DNA from: Octopus sinensis
Taxonomy: Eukaryota
Direction: 5' to 3'
NCBI RefSeq assembly: GCF_006345805.1
Contig: NC_043002.1
Coordinates: 2,728,001-2,792,000, forward strand
Length of the DNA: 64,000 nt
Shown here: positions 27,555 to 38,145 of the stretch, in pieces
How the letters are laid out: each line of letters opens with the position of its first letter
How positions within the stretch are numbered: position 1 is the stretch's first letter
Position numbers and translations under genes: made by a program
The notes under the pieces: generated by a model
What the model was told of the DNA's origin: nothing
The model's input: only the letters and a program-made list of their open reading frames with translations
Databases searched by the model: none

Positions 27555-27730
27555 CAAGAAAAAAACAACAAGAAGCGAGAACATGGTACATGCAAAGTAT
27601 TAAAAGACGCTCAGGGAAGGAAAGAAAGGATGTTTTACGTTTCAAGCAAAGCTCTTCTTCAGAAACAGGAGACAGAGGAAAGTCCTAGAGAAAAAGAAGA
27701 CAGAGGAAAGAAATCGCCAACATTCCACAG
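27555..27730 (-). mobile_element. Penelope-type repeat with hammerhead motif
   Basis: Shares GACGCTCAGG.AAG...TTTTACGTTTC..GC...GCTCTTC with the 8750 and 51275 repeats. Confidence 0.65.
27631..27667 (-). ncRNA. Minimal type I hammerhead ribozyme, canonical core
   Basis: Minus strand TGTTT-CTGAAGA-A-GAGC(TTT)GCTT-GAAAC-GTA-AAACA. It has an intact CUGANGA and GAAA, a 5-bp stem I, a 4-bp stem II with one G-U, and a predicted cleavage site after GUA. Confidence 0.7.
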
Positions 27731-27766
27731 CAATGCTAATAATATATATATATATATACATATGTA

Positions 27767-28261
27767 CAGGGTTGGACAAAATATGGAAACACCTAGCATC
27801 ATAATTTTGAAATATCTATAAAACCGTCAGAAGCTTGTTTATTTTTATGTTTTTTTATTTATTTTTAGTGTTGTTTAATATGTTTTGCTAAAATTGCTGT
27901 TTCTTTTCAGAAATCATTAGAAAAAGGTAATTAAAATTCATTAAAATGACAGATCTATCGGACTTTCAAAGAGGTCAAATTGTAGGTGCTCGTATGGCAG
28001 ATGCTAGCGTAACGAAAACAGCCGAAATGTTCGGTGTATCAAGAAGTACTCTCTCGAAAGTAATTATAACCTTTGAGAAAGAGGGAAAAACCTCCTCATC
28101 GAAACAAAACTCCGGAAGAAAACCAAAACTTTCAGATAGGGACCGTGGGATTCTTACGCAAATTGTTAGAAAAAGGATCACAAAAGTACAGCTCCTAAAA
28201 TTACTGCAGAGCTTAATGACCATCCCGAGAACCCACAAAAACTGTTCGCCGGGAGCTGCAA
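27767..28261 (+). mobile_element. Tc1/mariner transposon, 5' half
   Basis: TA|CAGGGTTGGACAAAATATGGAAACACC TIR-like start. The ORF from 27946, MTDLSDFQRGQIVGARM..SVTKTAEMFGVSRSTLSKVI..SGRKPKLSDRD, is a paired-like HTH. It is truncated after TVRREL, with no DDE domain. Confidence 0.85.
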
Positions 28262-30215
28262 ATGTTCTAAGTGAGTGTAGGAAATTGTCCCAAGAAGAAT
28301 ACAATGTAGCTGGGTATGTTCAGTGTGTGGTGTGGTGTGGTGTGGTGTGGTGTGGTGTGGTGTGGTGTGGTGTGGTGTGGTGTGGTGTGGTGTGGTGTGG
28401 TGTGGTGTGGTGTGGTGTGGGTGTGGGTGTGTGTGTATGTGTGTGTGTGAAGTATGGTCTTGAAAGGACATTGAAAGTGTAGCTAGCATCAATCAGAAGG
28501 TGTCACCGAGAGTAATGAATGATCTTGTGGGATTTTACAATCCAGTGTGATTCAGTGATTGGTGATCGAAGAGCAGACATCGTTGTAGTAGAGGAAAGAA
28601 GAAAAGGAAGCTAAAATCGTAGATATCGCCATACTTGGTATTGCGCGCGTGGGTGACAAAGATCTGGAAAAGATGGAGAAATGCAGAGACTACTAAAAGA
28701 TGAAATTGCAAGAATATGGACTATGAGGAGAGTGTCTGTGATTCCAGGAGTTGTAGGGTTAGGGTTAGGGCTCTCGGAGCACTAGGAATCAAGTTCGAGA
28801 AATATGTCGGAGAAATTCGTATTGTCATGAGGGCAGAGCAGGGTCCCTCTCCCGCAAAAAAAACTGCTCTATTGGGGGACAGCTAGGATTGTTAGAAAAA
28901 GGATCACAAAAGTACAGCTCCTAAAATTACTGCAGAGCTTAATGACCATCCCGAGAACCCACAAAAACTGTTCGCCGGGAGCTGCAAATGTTCTAAGTGA
29001 GTGTAGGAAATTGTCCCAGAAGAATACAATGTAGCTGGGTATGTTCAGTGTGTGGTGTGGTGTGTGTGTGGTGTGGTGTGGTGTGGTGTGGTGTGTGTGG
29101 TGTGGTGTGTGTGTGAAGTATGGTCTTGAAAGGACATTGAAAGTGTAGCTAGCATCAATCAGAAGGTGTCACCGAGAGTAATGAATGATCTTGTGGGATT
29201 TTACAATCCAGTGTGATTCAGTGATTGGTGATCGAAGAGCAGACATCGTTGTAGTAGAGGAAAGAAGAAAAGGAAGCTAAAATCGTAGATATCGCCATAC
29301 TTGGTATTGCGCGCGTGGGTGACAAAGATCTGGAAAAGATGGAGAAATGCAGAGACTACTAAAAGATGAAATTGCAAGAATATGGACTATGAGGAGAGTG
29401 TCTGTGATTCCAGGAGTTGTAGGGTTAGGGTTAGGGCTCTCGGAGCACTAGGAATCAAGTTCGAGAAATATGTCGGAGAAATTCGTATTGTCATGAGGGC
29501 AGAGCAGGGTCCCTCTCCCGCAAAAAAAACTGCTCTATTGGGGGACAGCTAGGATTGTTAGAAAAAGGATCACAAAAGTACAGCTCCTAAAATTACTGCA
29601 GAGCTTAATGACCATCCCGAGAACCCACAAAAACTGTTCGCCGGGAGCTGCAAATGTTCTAAGTGAGTGTAGGAAATTGTCCCAAGAAGAATACAATGTA
29701 GCTGGGTATGTTCAGTGTGTGGTGTGGTGTGGTGTGGTGTGGTGTGGTGTGGTGTGGGTGTGGGTGTGTGTGTGAAGTATGGTCTTGAAAGGACATTGAA
29801 AGTGTAGCTAGCATCAATCAGAAGGTGTCACCGAGAGTAATGAATGATCTTGTGGGATTTTACAATCCAGTGTGATTCAGTGATTGGTGATCGAAGAGCA
29901 GACATCGTTGTAGTAGAGGAAAGAAGAAAAGGAAGCTAAAATCGTAGATATCGCCATACTTGGTATTGCGCGCGTGGGTGACAAAGATCTGGAAAAGATG
30001 GAGAAATGCAGAGACTACTAAAAGATGAAATTGCAAGAATATGGACTATGAGGAGAGTGTCTGTGATTCCAGGAGTTGTAGGGTTAGGGTTAGGGCTCTC
30101 GGAGCACTAGGAATCAAGTTCGAGAAATATGTCGGAGAAATTCGTATTGTCATGAGGGCAGAGCAGGGTCCCTCTCCCGCAAAAAAAACTGCTCTATTGG
30201 GGGACAGCTAGGATT
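28162..30215 (+). repeat. Tandem triplication of a Tc1/R4-LINE chimeric unit (726, 666 and 659 bp)
   Basis: Units start at 28162, 28888 and 29554 with ATTGTTAGAAAAAGGATCAC. The length differences lie mainly in an internal (TGTGG)n tract. Confidence 0.92.
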
Positions 30216-30378
30216 TTGATATTGGTGCTTCATTGTTGAGTGTCTTTCGCAATAGGCAACATCCAAGTACCAAAGCTTATAGCTTGCGGAAAAGACCCTG
30301 ATAGAACTCTGACAACAGGTTGCTGTCCGCTCTCACAGAATCAAACAGAGTAAGACCGAGAGCTCTGAAAAATAAAAT
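28262..30378 (+). mobile_element. R4/Dong-clade LINE 3' fragment (REL domain), triplicated; 3' UTR in last copy only
   Basis: Remnants VLSECRKLSQEEY, CVKYGLER, MILWDFTIQCD, RRADIVVV, KIVDIAI, LGALG and KTALLGTARI. The last copy continues to AAAAATAAAAT followed by (AGT)n. Confidence 0.8.
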
Positions 30379-30549
30379 AGTAGTAGTAGTAGTAGCAGTA
30401 GTAGTAGTAGTACATTTGTACCCCAGTGTCACTTTGATGGCGTGCTCTTCTCTCTCACTCAATAACAACAACAACAACGACGACGACGATGATGATGACG
30501 ATGATGACGATGATGACGATGATGACGATGATGACGATGATGATGATGA

Positions 30550-32439
30550 TAACAGGTATCCTCGCAGGGAAAATATTTACGCTTCTTGAGGAAAACAATC
30601 TAGTTCCAGTAGAATAAAAGGGATGCTGAAAAGGACCCGAGGGCACCAAGGACCACCTTGTGATAAACAAGGTTATAATGGAGAACTGTAAACGGTACCA
30701 AGAAAACTTGTGCATGGCCTGGAGAGCTTTTAAAAAGGCTTGCGACATGCTGCCGCATTGGTGGGTTTTGGAAACGACATGTGTGGAATAGCTGAGAACG
30801 TGTGCGCACTGATTAAGAACAGCACGACTAGTTGGAAATCAAGTCTTTCCTTGTAACAACCAGCACTTAGCCGAGGCAACAATCAAAAGAGGTATCGTCC
30901 AGAGATACTCTCGTTCACCTTCACCTTTGTTATTTGTTATAGCTTTGATCCCATCTTCTGGAGACTTACGCAAAGTTAACGTTCACTATGAGCTGAGAAA
31001 GAATAAACCTCGTCTCAACCATCTTCTTTTCATGCCTGGTTTAAAACCGTTCGCAAAAAACAGAGGCCGAAATGGAGAGGCTGGTTGAGACTGCACTTGT
31101 GCAGTAAGGATATAGAGATAGAATTCGGTATCTCGAAATGTGCGGTGCTTTCTATGAAACGGGCAGATTGTAGGGGCATAGCATTGCCAAACGAAGAGAA
31201 GACGGAAGACCCGGATGATGATGGGATCCTGGAGCTGGACAATATCTTGCATAAAGAAATGGAAGACAAGGTCATCCCTGCATATTTCAAGGTCATCTCT
31301 GCATATTTCAAGCGTTACAAGCTTCTCTTGAAATCAAAGCCCAACTCAAGGATCCTTATGACTGCCATCAACATTTGGGTTGTTGCTGTGGTCCGCTGTA
31401 GTGCACCCATCCAGAAATGGACTCAAGCAGAGATTGACCAACTCGATCGCACTACCAGAAGGACAATGACAATGCATGGCTCCCTCCATCCTAAGACGAA
31501 TGTACACAGGCTCTGCATGACGAGGGCTAAAGATGGACGTAAGCTGATTAGCGTACGGGAGGGCATCAACAGTGAAAGAAGAAACATGGCAGAATATTTG
31601 GTAAACAGCAAAGAAGACCTCCTACAGTATACTGTTAATGCAGAAGGGTTTACCAAAAATGGACTTGAGAGTGCTCATGAATTCCTATCAAGAACAGCCA
31701 ACGCGAGAGAAGAAACCCTACTCCGCATGGAGTAGAAGACCAGGAAGCATCATGGAGGTGGCTTAACAAGGGTGACCTGAAAAAGAATACTGAAAGCCTA
31801 ATCATCGCTGCCCAGGATCAGGCATTGAATACCAACTCAGTGAAGGAGAGTATATACCACACAAGTGCAAAATGTGTGGGAAGAGGGTCATAAGAGTGAC
31901 TCACATTGTTAGTACTTGTGAAAGTCCTGCGCAGAGAGAGAACAAGCATAGATACGACAAGGTAGCCCAAAACATCCACTGGCTACTTTGCTGTAAGTAT
32001 GGATATGAGGTTACAGGTGCTTTGTACCAACATATACCGGAAAAGGTAATGGACGAAAAGAGGAAGCTAAAAATCCTCTGCGACTTTGACTTCCATACAG
32101 ACAAGGTATTAGAGCACCAAAGGCCGGATGTAGTAACCTTTAGGAAGGAGAAATGAGTGCCCAATAATCTATGTGGCAGTGCCAAGAGATCAACATAGCA
32201 TCATGAAAGAAAGAGAAAAGGTTGATGAATATGGAGAGCTGAGAATTGAGATCGCTAAGATGAGTCAGCTACGAGAGTCAAACATAAAGGTTATCCCTAT
32301 TGTCATCGGAGCATTGGGTTCAATACCAACCAACCTGAAAAACATTTGGAAAATCTTAGAAATACCTTACAATTTAGATGTATTGCAAAAGTCAGCATTA
32401 CTTGGAACTGCGTGCATATTGCGTAAAGTTGTGACTTGA
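30550..32439 (+). mobile_element. R4/Dong-clade LINE (RT + Zn knuckle + REL), degenerate, 5' truncated
   Basis: GTKDHLVINK, KKACDMLPH, LSPLLF-like, LNHLLFM(DD)LK, FGISKC, LHPKTNVHRL, LIIAAQDQAL, C..CGK..THIVSTC, RYDKVAQNIHW, QRPDVV, KVIPIVIGALG and QKSALLGTACILRK. Confidence 0.9.
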
Positions 32440-32559
32440 CCTTACAAACCCCCGCAACACGCAATGTCTTCAATCAACAACCTCACAATATTGAACACAC
32501 TGAGACGTCTTAAATAACAATATGTTCCGCCCCTTGTAGGCAATAAAGAAAGAAATACT

Positions 32560-32738
32560 CCTTTTCTACTAAAGGCACAAGGCTTGAAACTTGAGGGTCG
32601 GAAACTCAATTTATCAAGCCCGAAAGGATGGAAGGCAAAGTCGACCTCGGCGGAATTTGAACTCAGAACGTAGCGACGGGCGAAATCCCGCTAAGTATTT
32701 CGTCCAGCGTGCTAACGATTCTGCCAGCTTACTACCTT
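32560..32738 (-). mobile_element. SINE family B
   Basis: Minus strand AGCTGGCAGAATCGTTAGCACGCTGGACGAAATACTTAGCGG..GAGTTCAAATTCCGCCGAGGTCGACTTTGCC. Confidence 0.9.
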
Positions 32739-33750
32739 ACATATTAATAATAATTTTTTTACTACTACTACTAATAATAATAATAATGTAAATGTTGATT
32801 GGTTGGTTGGTTGGTTTCCTTCGTTAGTCACTCTTTACATCGTATTGATAGAGGGGGAAAGAAAGAGAGAAAGAAAGACAGACAGACAGACAGACAGAGT
32901 TAACAGAAGAGGTGCAGGATGAGAGGAGAGGAGGAAAGGAAATAAATGAGAGAGCAGTCATGAGTGGAGGTACCCAAATTAGAAGTTTGTTTTATTTAGA
33001 TTTTAATCCAATCCATATTTTTCTTCTGGATATTAGCATTCACTTCATCATTTTGTATCAGCACAAAGAATTTTGGAAACAGTTAAAATTATAATTATTG
33101 TATGTCTGCCATATTTTTTTTTATATTACCATGATGGCCAAAGCATATTTCCAAAGTTACCCATCGTCATATGACGAGGAACACTCCAGTACAGAGACAT
33201 AAATCTAAGAACTTCTCAATTACTAGCAGTGTTGCCATCGTTCATAAATGACTCATTAAAATTATAGTAATAATTAAAAATAACAGTTAGCATCATATAT
33301 CAAATCTAATTAGTTTTTTTTTTTTTTTCCTATTGTAAAAAGAATCAGATATTGTTATTTTGCAAAAGGAAAACGGTAAACGAAGAATTTGAAAAAGAAA
33401 AAAACAATAATTCCTTATCTCAGTAATTTTCAATGTGTTTTAATTCAAAGAATCACAAGTGAGAACGAAAGCATAGAAGCCATACTCTGCGACGGTATTA
33501 AAAATAATCAAATCAACGCGTCTGAAGATTTAAGAATTGGCGAAACTAAGAAACTTATTGCAACCTAAAATAATATGAAGTCTATAAAGATATCTCGGAT
33601 AAACCAGAGATTAAACAGCAAATATTTTCGCCGTTGAAATTCAATTGATGTCTCCGTTCTTTCGGAATATTTTTATCTGTGTGTGTGTGTGTGTGTGGTG
33701 TGTGTGTGTGTGTGTAGATATATATTATATATGATATATATTCTTTATAA

Positions 33751-34142
33751 GCGCAGGAGCGGCTGTGTGGTAAGTAGCTTACTTACCAACCACATGGTTC
33801 CGGGTTCATTCCCACTGCGTGGCACCTTGGGCAAGTGTCTTCTACTATAGACTCAGGGTTTGGTAGACGGAAACTGAAAGAAGCCCGTCGTATATATGTA
33901 TATATATATACATATATATACATATGTGTGTATATGTTTGTGTGACTGTGTTTGTCCCCCCCCCCAACATCGCTTGACAACCGATAGTGGTGTGTTCATG
34001 TCACCGTAACTTAGCGGTTCGGCAAAAGAGACCGATAGAATAAGCACTAGGCTTACAGAGAATAAGTCCTGGGGTCGATTTGCTCGACTAAAGGTGATGC
34101 TCCAGCATGGCCGCAGTCAAATGACTGAAACAAGTAAAAGAG
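33751..34142 (+). mobile_element. SINE family A, full length
   Basis: Runs from GCGCAGGAGCGGCTGTGTGGTAAG to GCAGTCAAATGACTGAAACAAGTAAAAGAG; near-identical to 48320. Confidence 0.95.
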
Positions 34143-34495
34143 AAAGAGAAAGAGATACACACACACACACACACACACACACATATTAGAATTTTGAATT
34201 TGTAAGTTAATGTGCAAGGAAGGATATTCATTTGCTATTTTATAATATTGGATGTCGTGGTCTTCATTCCTTCGCTAATTTTACTGCTGTTCACTTTTAA
34301 TACAAGCAAATGCCTTTCGTCTGAGGGTAAGCTACGTGTTAAGTTTCAGTTCTGTTCCCACTCCACCCCTACCCCCCCCCCCACCTCTGTCTGAATAAAC
34401 CATAAAAGATGGATAACATTCCGCTATAAACTTTCATCCACTGGACACTGAAGAGGAAATTTATAGACTCGTGCATTAGGGTGGGCGCACGGGCA

Positions 34496-34997
34496 GCGAA
34501 ATTTTTTTCCCACGAGAGTTCTGGACCCCAGTAATGCGCTCATTTGCATACAGCCAATCAGAGCAGAGACACTTTTATCCTTTCTTCCTTTCTAGTCAGC
34601 ACCGTGCATTCCTTACTCCCTCTCTACTGTACGGTTTCTGGGAAAAAATGAAATAACGCCAGCAATTCAGTTTGGGCAAATGTATTACTGTGCCAACGTC
34701 GAAGTAACCAGTGAAGAACATCGAAGGTTCAACTCCAAGAAGGAAGAAATATTATTTACATATATTTATTCGTTTGCTTGACAGGTAGATAGAGAGACAG
34801 TAGTACTAGTAGTAATAGTGACAAAAAGGTTGGCTCGCTGGTTAGTAGTTGTTAGTGTGTAGAGGTTGCTGTCTGTCAGCAGAGAGTGAAAGAATAAGGA
34901 ATGCACAGTGCTGACTAGAAAGGTGGCACTTCTCTGATTGGCAGATGCAAATGAATTCATTACTGGGGTCCAAAACTCTCGTGGGAAAAAATTTCGC
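34496..34997. mobile_element. MITE-like element with ~110-120-bp imperfect inverted arms
   Basis: The left arm GCGAAATTTTTTTCCCACGAGAGTTCTGGACCCCAGTAATG..ATTTGCAT..CCAATCAGAG..TTTCTAGTCAGCAC.GTGCATTCCTTA matches the reverse complement of ~34892-34997. Confidence 0.75.
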
Positions 34998-35114
34998 GCA
35001 CGAGCAAGCGACCGAGGAAATAACTACCAGTCCATGTAATCGACTACTCCCCCTTCTCCCAAAACTGCTGGCCTTGTGTGAAAACTCGAAACTAATATTT
35101 CTGTAAAGTTTAAG

Positions 35115-35328
35115 GTGATGAACTGGGTGAATCGGTGCAGCGTCGGACAATGCGTAGCGACATTTCTTCCAACTTTACGCCGTGAGTTCAAATTTTGCCG
35201 AGGTCGACATTGCCTTTCATCCTTTCGGGGCTGATAAAATAAGTACCATTTGAGTACTGGGGTCGATGCAATCGACTTACCCCCTCCCAGAAATTGCTGG
35301 CCTAGTGCCAAAATTAGAAACCAGTATT
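35115..35328 (+). mobile_element. SINE family B
   Basis: GAGTTCAAATTTTGCCGAGGTCGACATTGCCTTTCATCCTTTCGGGG..AAGTACCA..CTGGGGTCGATG. Confidence 0.85.
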
Positions 35329-35839
35329 CCTATAAACTTAATCTGAAAATAAATGCCCGGTTTGCTTTTGTGTATCTCTGTATACGGACCGACTAAACTC
35401 TTAAAATTATGTTTTTGTCTACTTACAAGGGATTGGCTAGCTCTGGGCTATAGTAGAAGATTGTAGTCCTACTGTGCGGCATCTTGACCGCTCAGTGGGC
35501 CGAACTGGAAACCACGTGGCTGACAAGCAAATTTATGAACCACACAAAAATCCTTGCGCACATATACATACATACATACATACATACATACATACATACA
35601 TACATACACACATACATACATACACACATACATACACACAAATGCTTGAACACATGTGTAATTGTAAATAAAACAGAGTTTCTCTCGCTACTCGAGTTTC
35701 ACGCTACTGCGCTCTTTCGACATAAGGCAACGCACGTATATATTTGTGTGTACGTGTGCGTGTGTGTTTATATATTTATATATATATAAATATATATATG
35801 TGTTTATATATATATATATGTACAGAGAGAGAGAGAGAA

Positions 35840-36215
35840 TTTACAGTAGAATAAAGGACGAAGACGGGTGTATAAGCACCAAACAGATATTATTCGTTTA
35901 ACGCTCGGGAAGGTGACCAAGTCTTTTACATTTCGAGTCTATTCTCTTCGACAGAAAGGAACACAGAAATAAACAGGGAGAGAAAATTAAAAAAAGGTTT
36001 AGTGGCTAGCGATCTATCATGGCGAATGCCAGACAGAGGGGTCACCCAGGAGAGCTAGGAAGAAGGGGGGATAATAAAGTAGCGGTGATCCCAAAACGAA
36101 GGTACGCGAGCGTGTATATGTGAGAGTGTGTATGTGCATGTGGATGGGGACTGGTGACCTTGACGTGTGCGTGTGTGCATGTGTAGGTGTGTGGATGATG
36201 GTGTGGGTGCTAGGA
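35840..36215 (-). mobile_element. Penelope-type repeat with degenerate hammerhead motif
   Basis: Homologous to 919-1200. The minus strand at 35923-35958 reads CTTT-CTGTCGA-A-GAGA(ATAG)ACTC-GAAAT-GTA-AAAG. Confidence 0.6.
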
Positions 36216-36225
36216 AGTGGTCATA

Positions 36226-36258
<33 letters not shown>

Positions 36259-36803
36259 CATACGTATGCAAGTATATTTGTATGTATGCATAATAGCTTT
36301 GAGTATTTCAAACAAAATTACCCTTTTATATTTTGTTTAATCATTCCGGTTTTGGTTTTAAATATTGGTTGAGGTGATGGATATAACTCCGGGTATTCCA
36401 GAAATATTTTCGTCGAAAAAAGTTTAGGTTGAATAGAAATGTTGGCTGTTTACAGTTAATTTAGTAAAAAAAGATTATGAAAAACATATGCCTGGAGATA
36501 ATAACTGGGTACCACAGACCCAGGCAGATATATTTAAGGGAATGGTGTAGGGTGATATAAATATTTATCGCAGAAGCAGATGAACAGCAGATTTTTTTGT
36601 TAAGATATTGGCGCTACTTACAACTGGAAGCTACCTGCGGTAGAGGTAAGATGAAAGAAGGAATAATTTCTGTTTGAGAATTGATTGTATGGACGAAAGA
36701 GTGCGAGATTGTGACGCATAGGAGAATAATGTGTTAGTTCAGAATAATCCATCTGAAAAGAGCATGAAAAATAAAATAAAAATCGACATTAAAACAATGT
36801 ATG

Positions 36804-36850
<47 letters not shown>

Positions 36851-37930
36851 ATATATATATGTACATATGTGTGAGAATGCATGTGTGTATGGATGTAGGT
36901 GTGTGTGTGTGTGTTCGTGTGTATTAATCAAACTTAAAACAATTGCTTTGTTTAGTAACCATTGAAGCTGAATCTACGAACACCTAAATTATAATATTTA
37001 GCTTTCGTGCTCTTATCGCTTGATATTGTTCTCGCTTATTATCGCTTAATTTTGCTCTCTCGACTGCAAACATTCGATATCAAGTTGTATTCTAGGACAA
37101 CTTCCTAGATTCCAGTCACAGCTGAACGAAAACACACAAGCATTTTTAGCCATCTTTTTATAGCTTCGCTTCGATCTGCTCGTTTCGCTGTATCGTTGTT
37201 TCAATTTTGCTAGATTTCAATGTTGCTGTGGTAAATTCTCATTTACCAGCGTTTGACTTGTGTTTTCCTGATAATTATAAAGTCAATAGCAATGTCATGA
37301 CCTGTTTAGTAATTTTCCATTTCGCTGCTTAGTTTCTGGTGGTGATTCTATTTTTGTGACTTTATGGATTATATTTGTTCATTTATTTTCCTTCTGGGGA
37401 GAAAAACTACAAATAGATTTTAGATTATTTTCAGTAAATCGCAGAAAAACACGAACTCACCCGCATCGCCAGAGAAAAAAAAGGTAAAGAGAAGATCTAA
37501 AGAGAGATACATCCACATGCAACTATGCAACTTGAGAAAAGAAATAAGGGAAAAATCCAAGAAACATGAATTCTACTCGAAGATAAAAGAGAGAAAAAAA
37601 TGCATTCTCAGCTCAGCACCAAAAAGCTGACGGTGGGGATGGAGGATGGAATCAAAGTGCTTTTAAGCACCTAATTATTTCTGACCTCGATTGAAAAGGC
37701 AAATAAAAGTTAATTTTAGATCATTTAATTAAGTGGAACTGAGACAGAAGACAATATTTGTAGATTCAAAAATATTTGACAGTGAAAAGAATTGCTTTCC
37801 TAAAAATAATGTTCGTGTCTTTTGGCGAACATCGGAGATGCTTGTCCCAAATGCCTGGCTCCTTCTTAAATCACGTTATTTACTCTGCCAACACCAATGA
37901 GAATGGTATAAACCTTATACTTCTCTCCAT

Positions 37931-38145
37931 TAAAGGCGGCGAGCTGGCGGGCGAAATGCTTAGCCGTATTTCGTCTGTCGTTACGTTCCGAGTTCGAATT
38001 CCTTCGAGGTCGACTTCACCTTTCATCCTGTCGGGGGTTGATAAATTAAGTACCAGTTACGCACTGGGATCGATGTAATCGACTTAATCCCTTTGTCCTT
38101 GTTTGTCCCCTCTGTGTTTAGCCCCTTGTGGGTAATAAAGAAATA
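37931..38145 (+). mobile_element. SINE family B with 15-bp target-site duplication
   Basis: TATACTTCTCTCCAT occurs at 37916-37930 and 38146-38160, flanking TAAAGGCGGCGAGCTGG...GGGTAATAAAGAAATA. Confidence 0.92.

Noticed and set aside
28162-30215. CRISPR-like or multi-exon repeat interpretation
   Set aside because: Whole units are duplicated with no unique spacers, and the content is TE-derived.
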